In this document: positions 12,481-24,957 of the stretch, piece after piece | Position numbering within the stretch: the first letter of the stretch is position 1 | Layout: the number at the start of each line of letters is the position of its first letter | Assembly (NCBI GenBank): GCA_904063045.1 | Contig: CAJFCJ010000016.1 | Location: forward strand, 372,001-436,000 | From: Dimorphilus gyrociliatus | Taxonomy: Eukaryota; Animalia; Annelida | Length of the DNA: 64,000 bases | Direction: 5' to 3' | Position numbers and translations under genes: made by a program | The notes under the pieces: generated by a model | Seen by the model: the letters and a program-made list of their open reading frames with translations, nothing else | The model's database searches: none | What the model was told of the DNA's origin: nothing

Positions 12481-15400
12481 ATGCCAGCTGTAGAAAGCGA
12501 TTTACATGCCATTCGTATGAAATGTCATTTCGATGGGTTAGTTTTACTAGTACTTTGTAGAAAATACTTAATTTGATAGGCAAAATAACACTGAGAAAGA
12601 GCTTTGAATTGTACGCCCGGCCGTATAGTTACATTGAATAATAACTAATCAATGCTTAACACTAAAAACGTTTATTTAAAGTCTTTAATATATTTAATTT
12701 AGGGACATTATGGTTGCGTCAATCGACAATGATATCACTTTTGAAGGAATGAAAATTGAAGTTAGAGATATTTGCAATTTTGATGCTCAACAACCTTTTA
12801 CAATGAAATGGATTGACGAAGAAGGTAAAAATATAAAAAAAAAAATGTTCATTCACACCTACCATCTCACTAAATAGAACTTAAAAAGAAACTGTCAACA
12901 AATAGAACAATTTTTTAAATAACTGTCCAAATATGAATATAAAGACGAAAAACATATTTTTTTTCTATTCTAATAATAATATTAAATAATCAAATCGAAA
13001 AGAAATGAGACGAAAGTTAATCAAGAAAGCTTTAATGAGATAAAATAATTCTTTAGTAGAATAAGAAAGTAAAAGTTTCAAAGTCAATTTCCGTAAAAGT
13101 AAAGAGGAAATTTATTCTGTTATTTACATAGGTATCCAATGACAAAAGTGATAAATCTTTAAAATACGACTTCTAAAGTAACTATGTCTTGTATTTGTTT
13201 CCATTTGTAAAAGATTCTTGTAAAGTAACAATAAAATTGAAACAATATAATATAAAGAAAAAGAAGGTGAACTAAATTAAAAGTAGTTATTACATCTATT
13301 TTCCTATTGTGCTAGGCCTAGTAGATGTATATATATATTAAGGTTAATGGAACTATCATTAGATTTTAGCAATGAAATGTATCGTTTTAGCAAAGTCTAA
13401 TGGAATTTTAAATGAATCAGAAAGTAGACTAGTATCGATTTAATTCCTAGCTAAAGGAAAAAGAAAAAGAAACGCTTAACTTCAATTTGTTTTGAAAGTG
13501 TTAAAAGGAACTATATAAAATTAAATAGGATAAATATGAGAACGTATAAAAAACATACCAAATAAATAAAAACTTAAAAATATGTGTGTTATTATTGCTT
13601 TAAATATTGATTATAATATTTTGCAAACTTGGATAATTTTAATATTGTTGGTATATAGATATATTATATAAACTCCATTATTTTATGTATTGTACCCTCC
13701 CCCCTCATAGGAGACCCTTGTACCGTATCCTCTCAAATAGAATTGGAAGAAATGCTTAGATTGCACGAAGTTAATGCCGATAACGAAGTTACCTTACACG
13801 GTACAGTATTATTTTTTAAAATAGTTTTCTTATCTTGTTTTTTTTTTTTGTAATCGTATTTTTGCTTTTCTCTCTTTTTCTTTCTTTCTATCTCTCTCTC
13901 AACCGATAAACAAAAGTTTTAGGATAAATTATAAATAAATATTAAAAAAAACAAAATTTGCATTGTCTATATTAAAGAAATAGGCCTTATTTGATTTTTA
14001 CGCCGTTTTATTTTATTTCTTTTATTAGATATATTTAATAATGTTTTTTTTGGTATATTGATTATTATACACTAAAAATATGATAATCGACTATTGTCTA
14101 TATTCAATTTATTAATCATTTGTGAAACTGTTAGAAATATGGAATATTTTAAATCATTTTTAAAGATCAGTTCATCAAATTTTATACCCATTTCACCAGT
14201 ATTCCCCAATGTACCCGAACTACCAGGAATGCCGTGTCAAGGCGAAGACCGTGAGTTTTAACATTTACTTTCAATATGTATCACGTGACTTTGACACTTT
14301 CTATCGTCTTGGAAAATATATTGTACCGTTATGGCCTCATTGTGCCAAAAAAAAGGGGGGGGGAGAATGTTTTACCTTTATTGAGAAAAGACTGAATATA
14401 CCAATTCATATAAATTACACAACTGATTACGACTCATAGTGAAGATAAGGAATTGGCCTTAATAAATATACAACTGCAGATATTTGTCATTATTTGGTGT
14501 GAGATAAGTTTATATCTCCTCAGGTTAATGGAATTAGAATAATTATAGAAAAACTTAACTTATTAGTGGACAAGGACAGTATGCACTTGAGACTATTGGG
14601 TCTACAATGGTCAGAAAGCAACGAAAGACAAGGAAAACGAAAAGACAACGAAAGTGTTCATTCAGCATCTGCGCTAAATTTAAATGCATCTTCTACCGTG
14701 CAAGCTAGCTTCGGTGTGCTTAAGAGAGCTGTATCGACAACCATCCACAGAAAAAAGGGAATAAAGAGAGAGCCTGATAATAACAATTTTGACGAGAAAG
14801 ACAATAAATCATTTTTAATATCTCTGAAGAAGAGAATTAGTGAATCTTTTGGGCGAAAAAAAGACAAATTAATAAAGGATGTAGATGAGTCACGTGATAC
14901 AGATGAAGGTATAAAGATTAGAAGTGGTAATGTATTTAAAAATGCTTTTCCAATCAGGGAATATGTATAGAAGAGGAGCAAGACGATGGAGAAAATTATA
15001 TAGAGTTAATGGCCATTTATATCAGGCGAAACGATTTTCCAGGGTAAGGGAATCCTTTCTTTAATATTAATGATATAATGTTATCGAACTGGGAAAAGAA
15101 TACGTTCAGGAATAATATAAGATATAGATGAATAGCATTTAAGTATCTATCACTCTACTTTCTTCCTCATCTATCTTTCTCATTTTTTCTATTCTTTTGT
15201 TTGTTATTATTGTTTTGGGCATAATGAATAATGAATCTAGATTTGACAGCTGCGTTAAGACCAGCTAGTGTCGCTCATTATTGTTATTATATCGTTTGAC
15301 ATTTACAAAATGAAACTAATTCAGATTATGTAGTTTTTTGTTTAGAGTACGATATACAACCCGATCAATAGATGGCGCTAGTCGTTATTGATTAAAATAA

Positions 15401-18400
15401 GATGAATAAAGGTTTACGTGATTTGGCGACACTACAAGTTATAAGTCAGAAACTACTAATTTTAGGTTATAAATGAGAAAATTCTAACCGAATTAAGTGC
15501 CGTGAACGATTTAGCGGCTAAATTTGGGTAATTCACAGTTGATAGGTAAATGCATAATATTTCCTGTATAAATATTCGGTAGGTCAGTAAATACCAATTA
15601 TCCAAACTCGATTTGAAAGAGAAAAATTGTGTACATTCTTAAAATGGATGGTTAGCTATTTTTGTTTCGTCAGACTATTATACAAAGAAGCTATATACTG
15701 TATATAATATATACATTATATACTGTATACTGCATATATGTATAAATTTATATGTATATAATTTATATACTAATATATATATATATATATATTGATACTA
15801 TAAGCTGAGTGTAATAGTATTAAACATGGATTATGGTAGATACTTTCCTAGAAATTAGATTAAATAAGCTATTTCATAGAAAAATATAATAAAAACAAAG
15901 AGGAGGGAGGGGGAAGTAAAAATATAACTAAATATAGCTTTTTCCCTTTTTTCTTTTTTCTTTTCTTTTCCTTTTTGGACGTTAATGTTTTATTGCCTTT
16001 TCTGATTTATTGGATTTATTAAAGTCGACGCAATGTCAATAGGATATCAATTTTTTTATTGTCATTACAAATTAGCTATACTCCTACCCTTGTTTCTTTC
16101 GACGTTGTAGCAATTGTAACCCGATATTAATCCTATCAATGAAAACTACGCTCACTTGCTCCAAATAAAGTTTTTTTTTCTCTAATGTTATCATTCCTCC
16201 CCAAAACCTCTTTTCTTCTCGTATCCCTATCTACAAAGAACACGTTCTGTATATATTAATACTCTTTGAGTTCGATATCACGTTTGGTTAAAATTAGTTG
16301 TTAATCGAATTTTTATATAAATGTATTAATTAGTCTACAATTTTTTATTTTATTTACAGAAAGTGGAATGCGCATTTTGTAATGATGGAATTTGGGGCCT
16401 AGGAAGACAGGGCTATAAATGTGTCAACTGCAAATTGTTGGTTCACAAAAAATGTCACAAACTGATAAAGTTGTCCTGCAGAGCTGTTTTTGTAAGTGTA
16501 TTTTATTAGGCGTATATTTATTCCTTCTTCTTTTCTTTCTATCTTATTTTTAAAAAAAGAATTATTTTATAGGACGCACCAGATAGTAGATTAAAGGTAC
16601 TAAATATAACATCTATACATTATGGTTAACAGTTTTTTTTTCAAAAATTGATAACATTAATAATAATAATAGTAATAAATATAAATATCAATTTTATATT
16701 TTTCTTTGATTGCTTTTTCCTATTAGTGATATCTTAGCTATAGAATTGTCTCATTTAACAGGAAGAAGCTGGACAGACAGCAGCCATTTCTAACAAGAAT
16801 AAAGGCTCTCAAAATGGCGAAAAACGTAATTATTCTATAATTTTCTTTCTTTAATTTTTTTTCATAGTTAATATAATGAGTTTTTACTGTGAAAGAAATA
16901 TAAATAAGAAAAAGAAATATTAGAAAATAGCGTTTTCTTTCATTTTCTCTTTTTAACCAAAAAAAGAGCTATTATATAAAAATGAAAAGAATAAATTTTA
17001 TAGTTGAATGCCTTGGAAAGTTTTCCCTTAAAAAAGAAACAAAAATTGAAAGAAAGAAACGGTTCTTTAAGTAAAATTTTGTAGTTTCTTCTTTTCTTAT
17101 TAGTTTTCTTTCAAAGTGAATATTTACAAGACATTTTGTACTTAATACGATTAATATTTACGGAATGTAAATACAGCTGCATCATCATCGGCGATACAAA
17201 CCCAAATAGCAATGGTAACTGATCAAGTAAATATACGATAATAACTAAATTACTTAGTTCACTTGGACTTTATATTGCTTACTTGTTATTTGTTAATGTT
17301 TTTTTAGATGAGAAAGGAAAATAATCCTGAGAATTGCGAGGTATGTTATTAGTAATTTTGTGAAAAAGTCATTTGTTGTCATTCTTTCTATTTGCAGACA
17401 AGCGCTGTTCAGGTGCAAAAGGTAAATAAATAGTTTATTGGTTATTATTTGTATAACCTTTAAACTTAAACAACTTTTTTTTTTTTGTAGACGGCGGACG
17501 ATTCTGCTCCAACTCGAGGTTTTTCGTTGGAAGATTTTGACTTGATTAATGTTATTGGAAGAGGCTCTTATGCCAAGGTTTGACATTTACACTCTCGCAA
17601 ATTTAGAAATTTACAATTTATCCCTATACAAGAGCGTTTCTAAAAGACAAAAAGTAAAGATAAGTGGTAGAAAATTTCTTTTTAAAACGACCTTATAATT
17701 AATATCTTAAACAGTTTTGTAAAAGAATGGTACAAATTGAATACTGGCTTAGTAGGCGAAAGTAAATGACTGTCAAATTAGATCGTAATAAAGTTATTTA
17801 ATGTTTCCATCCAACCTTCTTCTTAAGCTTGTAAAAAGGAAATAGAAAAGATAGAGAAAGCAAAAAAATATATTGTAAAACTAACAATAAATAATAACCT
17901 TTTTTACTAGAACTATATTTAATGAAGCTGAGTTGAATACTTTCGCTCAAGGTTGTAAATATTATATTATTCATTAATATTTGCTGCTAATTAACATCCT
18001 TAACGAAACCTTTTGATAATTAAATGAGAATATTTTATACTTTTATAATTAAGTTTTAATTATTAAGATAAAGATGGAGGCATAAGTTTTAGAATTGAAC
18101 ACAATCTTAGCATACAGTGTATACATACATAAAGCGAAATAAGGTCGGAGTTTGCCGAGAGCTTTCTTTCCAGTTGTCTACTTTTACTCCTTTACTTGAC
18201 TACTTGATCACGATTGCCGAAATGTACGTGCATAATAGACTATCTGAAACTATTTTATTATAGGTGATGGTTGTCGAGCAAAAGGAAACAAAACGTCTCT
18301 ATGCTATGAAAGTTATTAAGAAAGAAACAGTCGCTAATGAAGAAGATATAGACTGGGTTCAAACTGAGAAACACGTTTTTGAGGTGGCTTCCAACCATCC

Positions 18401-21400
18401 ATTTTTGGTCGGTCTGCACTCCTGCTTTCAGACTCCCAGTCGGCTTTTTTACATAATCGAATTCGTTAACGGCGGAGATTTGATGTTTCACATGCAAAGA
18501 CAAAGGCGTTTGCCAGAGGAGCATGGGAGATTCTATGCCGCTGAGTTATCACTTGCCCTACATTATTTACACGAAAGAGGGATTATTTATAGAGACTTAA
18601 AATTGGATAATGTACTGTTAGATTCGGAAGGTCATATAAAGTTGACAGATTATGGATTATGTAAGGTAATATAAACAGATTTACTTAGTTGTTTTTTTTT
18701 GTGTTTACCTACTTTTTAAGTATGCGGAGTCATTATTCATGATGTCACGCGCTAAATATTTGAACTGTCCTTTACAAAGTTGTGTGGGTGAAAATTCTTC
18801 CTCTTTAATTTTTGGAAACTTCTAAGTAAAAAAAAAATCCATGTTTTATATTGAGTAAAAATTTATCCCTGCCTTCTCATTTTAATCTGTAAGAGAATAT
18901 ACAATATATATGTTTCTATACAAAAAAGAATCGACGAGGGAATAACAGGAAAATGATATGAGAGTATAAAAAGAGGATTTTTGTAGATTTTATATCCAAA
19001 TCTTTAGGGTAGAGTCCATATACTATAAGAAATTCCTATAAAGCAAAAAAATGATAGAAAGGATATAAGACTACAGTAGAAACTTGGGTAGAGATAAAAA
19101 AATAAATAAATCTCCTATTTATGGAATGAAAGAACGCTGGATAATAATTATTTACATTAATATTGAACCAAAACTAATTTCAGTAGAAAGTAAATAAACT
19201 AATCCTCAATCCTAAAGGTTATTAAGATAAGTTTTTTAAGTATTGATGTAAATTATGCTTGTTTTTCTATCAGCTTAAGTGAATTCTTTTGTTTTGAATC
19301 TAGCACCTTTTTTTATGGAATATTCTATGTAATCGGAAATTGAATACGAAATTATGTGAAGTGCACGCATCAAAAGTAACTTAATCAGGAACTCTATTAT
19401 GTTATCTAGCTCACCACTTGCTATATTTAAATATAGTTTTACTGATTTTTGACTTTCAAGTTTGAAAAACAAGAAAAACACAATAATGTGCAAATAATTG
19501 GATTTTTAGAATAAAAGTATACTTAACTGTAGATGCAAAAACGCAAACTAATAGGATTAGATATATTTTTTAGTGGCCGTTTCCTTTGTTTAGCTTTTCC
19601 TTTTGTTTTCCTTTATTATATTTGTGTTAAATATGTTTAAAAGAAGAGGAAAAGAAAGAAAATCGAAATAGAAATACTTTTTTTAAACACCAGCCTGGTG
19701 GAGTAGTGGCGTGGAACGACTCTTATTAAAAAAAAATCTCTTCTGGCGTTTATTTTTAGAATAAATTAGACAAAAATATTTGATATAAAGAGACGGCTTA
19801 CTATATAATAGCTTTAAAATTTTTTACTTACCTCCAGTGTTAAATCCTTAATATTCAAACAAAATTTTTTATTGAATTATTCAAATTGAATATTAAAAAA
19901 CCCTCTTTTTATCGCTTCCTAAGTGAATTTACTGTAAATTATTTATATACACAAAACCCTATTCCTATTAAAGCCCATGGGTCGATAAATGCTTTATTTC
20001 ATTATCTTAAATATGTTAATCTTAGATCCGACTTGTATTTTTCTTATCGTATATTTAATGACTCAATTAAACTAATTTTTTATACTGCAAAACAAGTTGG
20101 CTTATACTTTGCAAGAGAGCTCGGAGATTATCTCATTGAAAAGATCTCATTTATCTTTTTATCTTAAAGATGTGGTCTTATTTAAAGGAAGAGCATATAT
20201 ATATATAATTAGCTATACTTTATGATACACAAAAATGAATTTACCAGATACGCCTTTGTGGACAAAGGAACCTTAAAAGGTATAAAACCGTTCTTTATAG
20301 CTACGAAACAAAGAGAGGCGATTCCTTATTCCAAAGTGGTTAAGGACGTCGATAACAGCATAGCTATCCATTATTGAAATGAAGGATATATCGATCACCT
20401 ATATATTTCTATACACTTGTATATATATATATTTATATATATAAATATACTATATGTAATTGTGCTAATAATATATCCTTGGGTGATTTCGGCGATGCGA
20501 TAAAAATCTTATGAATGAATCTATTAATAAAAGTCGAATGACTTGTAATAACCTTAAAATGCAAATGACATCTTGTTGTGAAGCGTGTGAAGTGTATCTG
20601 TGCTATATACTACACATTAGGCGTCTTCTCTAGATTAATTAAACTTTGAACTTATTTTCAAAGGAAAATCTGGCTCCTGGGGAACTGACGGCGACCTTCT
20701 GTGGGACACCAAATTATATTGCTCCTGAAATGCTACGAGGACAAGAGTATGGTAACTATCAAATACCCTGAACTAATTGGAAGATCAAATGTGTAATTTA
20801 TCAAAATTAATTATAATCTAGGCTATAGTGTTGACTGGTGGGCACTTGGAGTACTTATGTTTGAAATGTTAGTTGGTCGATCACCCTTTGAAATTGTTGG
20901 TCAGACTGATAATCCTGATCAAGATACTGAAGATTATCTATTTCAAGGTAGAAATATTTATTTCTCATAGAAAAAATTTAATATTGTTCGCAGAGCAATT
21001 AAACGATATTTAATAGTTTGATCTACACTTCGACAGGGTTTTTGAACTTTTAATACATTTTATTTCCTTTTTAGTAATCTTGGAAAAGCCGATTAGGATT
21101 CCCCGTTCATTAACTGTCAAAGCTGCAGGCGTATTAAAAGGATTTCTAAATAAGGTTTGTAAATCGGATTTATATATATTTTTTAATTGTACTATTTTAA
21201 GCATTATGATAATAAATTTCTATTTGCTTTTTCCCTTGCTGTAAAAGATCTTGATTTATTTCTGTTTTTCTATATTATTTAACTGAAGGGGCTGATTAAA
21301 ATGCTGATAAAATAAAGTTAGTGGGGAGCATGTGAGAGGGAGTAAAGGTTGTAAACATTCCAGACTATTAATCCCATTAAAGATTGTCGAAAATTCGATA

Positions 21401-24400
21401 TGGTTAAGAAAGGTGCTCGGGGTTTTTCTAATAACAATATTAACAGGCCAAAGTTTGTCCCCAGTTTGCAATGTTTGTTTGGTATAATGAAACCCAATAG
21501 ATCGCTTAAATCATATATACTTTATATATATATATATATATGTTTACATTTATTAACACTTTCGCTTTATAAGAGGATGAGAAGAGTATTCTATCTTATT
21601 ATCTAACAAAAATGTCGCATTTGAAGTATCGGTGGAATTAATTCATGTATCTTAATTTTCTTGTAATGATAGTTCCTCTAGAAATGTAAGACTTAATCTT
21701 CTCCTTCATCTTTTCTTGACGTATAGATCACTGTTTAATCACGTAGAGAACTTGGTTATTGCTAAACTTGAGTGCACGTTGAAAGAAAAAAGTAATTTTC
21801 AACCTTCAATTTCCTTCCAGAAGCGAATTATTAAATTCAAATCATTTTCTTATTATACAGTTTATTGTGGCACATAGGATATATGCAAATATATATTAGT
21901 ATATATATAAAGTAATAATTGTTTTTCTCCATACAGAGTCCACAAGATCGTCTAGGTTGTCATCCTGAAACTGGCTTTGAAGATATACAAACTCATCCAT
22001 TCTTTAGAGTTTTGGATTTTGATGCACTATATGCAAAACAAATTCCTCCGCCCTATAAGCCTCAAGTAAGAGGTGAACGGGATTTGGTTCACTTTGATCC
22101 AACATTTATTAAGGAACCGGTCGTTTTAACTCCAGATGATCCGTACGTATATCTAATAGTCGATTTACATTATATTTTCAAGATGAATAGCAGTAAATTA
22201 GGTAATACGGTCGTTACCGCAAGGTGTAATTATTTCACTCTAAAATTCATATACTAAATCGTACATACGCGCTGTAAGAAGATAAAAAGTAAATATAGAC
22301 CTTTTGGAAGAGCTTATTAGACCGGAAACTGTTATGCTTCCCCCTGGTATAGCTAGAGGTCCGAAGTGTTTTTTTTTTCTTTAAATCTCCCTCTTTAAAA
22401 TATTCTGTTATGCCTCTGGGTGGACATTATGCTTATCTCACTCTACGAAACATAAGTTGTACGTTATCGACGAAATTGCACGCTTTCCATGTCAGGGAGT
22501 GTTAATTTAATACATGAATTATCTACATCCAAATGTAATACGCTCCTTTTCACCTACTCGAACTGATTTCAGTATAAATCTAGCTTGGCTAGATAGTACA
22601 AATTTATAAAAAAAAAAATAATCATAAAAGAACGTTTAGTTGATTTAAGGTGTATCACTCCTATTTGGGAAGCATTAAAACGGATATAGGCGGCTAAAGG
22701 AATTGTCACAAACTTTATTTGTAAATAAGCTTGTTGTAAGATGACGAGGTTTATAGATTTAGTTCCGCTATTACTTAAAAATTTTCTTTGTTACAATTGA
22801 TTAGCGTTCTCTCTTTTATCGATTACGGGCGATTGTTGAGGGTAAAGGGAAAAATGAGGCGTTTCCTACACGACTTATGTATTATATATACTTATTTATG
22901 AATGCTTGCTAAATGTATTACATACTGTATAATTATACATCTATGTATATATATTAGTATAAATTAATATATACATGGGAATGCGGGAACTTAATCCATT
23001 TAGATTTAATCAGAGTACATTCGACTTGTACTATATTAATCGAAAGAATTGTGTTCATGAAATGTTGGGTATATTGAATAGGATGTGCCTTTATTTAATT
23101 AACCTTGTATGTTCATTAACATGTCGATCTGAAACGCACATGGCCTCCTATTAAGTTGTTGGATCCTTAACAGCTTCTATTGACCCTATTAAACTAGAAA
23201 AAGGGATAAAGGGGTAGTTTATCGCTCTAGTAAACTGGCGCCATCTCGAAAAAAAAGGAATAATCATCCCATGTAACGCATTTATCACGATAAAAGTCAC
23301 GTGATGTTTATGCCTCATGCGATCGTCCCAAAAGTGGTCATCAGAAGGTCGAATATCGAGGTGTATATTTAAAAATAAAATTCGGTTATGTTTTAAAAAT
23401 CGACCGGTTCGTTGCAAACGTCTTGGGGCGAGAAAAAACCGATCGATTTATCCGCATAATCAACATGAAGTGTGTCATTTTCCAGTTCACTCCTTTACTT
23501 TTTATGTTTAATTAATGAAAGGAAATGCCTAGTAGAAGTTGACTAATCTTTCAATGCTAATATCAAATCGCATTAAAATATATAACATTCTATACAAAAT
23601 TAATTCTAGATTAAATATAAATAGATATAATTTACTAATAGTCAGAATACACTATATATATATATATATATATCTCGTGTAGCTGTAAATATACAGTATA
23701 TTATGTTTAAGGCATACCCCTATTCATTCTTTTTATGCTAATATACTCAATTTTTCTATTAAACACAAGGAAACAAAAACAAACAAAAAAATTTTTTCCG
23801 TTTCAACGATTAAATTATGTAGAGCTCCATTGAAGCGTTTAGAGAAGGAACAAGGAGGAAAATTTCTTTATTCGTGCTTTGTTTTTTTTATATATATAAT
23901 ATATATATATATGTATATTTTTCCGCCTTCTCCTTCCTCAATCTCACTAATTCTCTCTCCCTCTGTCTACCTGCTTGTCTCTAATTTTTGTTTTCTTTCG
24001 TTTTTATTCCTGTTTTTTTCTCTTCTATCTGTTTCTTCTTTTAATTAATAGCAAAAGTTCATTAGTGTTTACAAGCATTAATAATAGTACAGTCTATATA
24101 TATATGCAGTATATATATAGATATATAGATATATGTATATTTCCTTATATCGCTATATTTAAAAGAAAAACCATATATTCTATTCCTTCCAATCTAGACA
24201 ATTTCTATTCTATATTATAGAAATTTATTACAAAATAGATTATTGAAAACAATTGTTTCTTTTCTCTCTCTTTCTCACTCTCTTTTTCTTTCTCTCTCTC
24301 TCTCTCTGTCTTTAGTATTATTTATACACTCAATTTCCCCTACAGATTTATGTTTGTATCCAATTATTAACCGATTTTTTTTTCCTTTTCTCTTTAATTT

Positions 24401-24957
24401 ATCTTTCTATTTTTCTCTCTTTTTCAACTTCTTTTCTTATTAATTAACTTGTTGTGATTGTCTTTCCTTAATAGTCTTTTATTATTATCATTGCATATTT
24501 GTAGGATTATGATCTATAGATCGATAATTGCTTTTTCAATATAAAAGATATAATTGTTTTGATAATTGAGGAAAATTGCGTATTAACATTTTTGCAATAT
24601 AGGTATTCAATGCTACTTCTTTAAAGTTGATCATCCTCTATGATCATCACATTCTTTTTTTTGTTTCTTAGAAAATTTACAAACGGTGACTTTTCATATA
24701 GTAGAATGATGGGGTTAGGGGAAAGGGGTGGAAGGTAGGCGGTTTTATTGAAAATGTTTCGTTTTGAGAAACGAGCTCTTACTGAGTTTTTACGGCCGTT
24801 TATTTGATTTACTGCTAGCTAGGCATTTGTTCCGCGCCAAATGTTCTATTTCGTGCACGTTTCTTCCAGCAAAGTGATAAGCAAGATCGAACAAAGCGAA
24901 TTCGACGGCTTCGAATACATTAATCCACTCCTCATGTCTCAAGAAGATTGTGTCTGA
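12481..24957 (+). CDS. aPKC: Atypical protein kinase C (PKC iota/zeta orthologue). Exons: 12481-12536, 12703-12824, 13711-13800, 14200-14250, [14567-14908], 14958-15043, 16360-16491, 16573-16596, 16762-16825, 17177-17214, 17308-17340, 17398-17421, 17491-17577, 18264-18665, 20664-20751, 20822-20947, 21075-21154, 21937-22142, 24870-24957
   Basis: PB1 ([23 protein letters not shown]), pseudosubstrate [12 protein letters not shown], single C1 domain, GRGSYAK loop, [20 protein letters not shown], turn motif LTPDD and terminal [18 protein letters not shown]. Splice phases are consistent. Confidence 0.98.

Noticed and set aside
14658-14981. 107-aa antisense ORF in aPKC
   Set aside because: It is the shadow of the + strand extra exon and has no independent support.
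19692-19720. tRNA box-A-like CTGGTGGAGTAGTGG
   Set aside because: No box B or cloverleaf.
19072-19936. TACAGT...ACTGTA pair as MITE ends
   Set aside because: The inverted match does not extend beyond about 5 nt.
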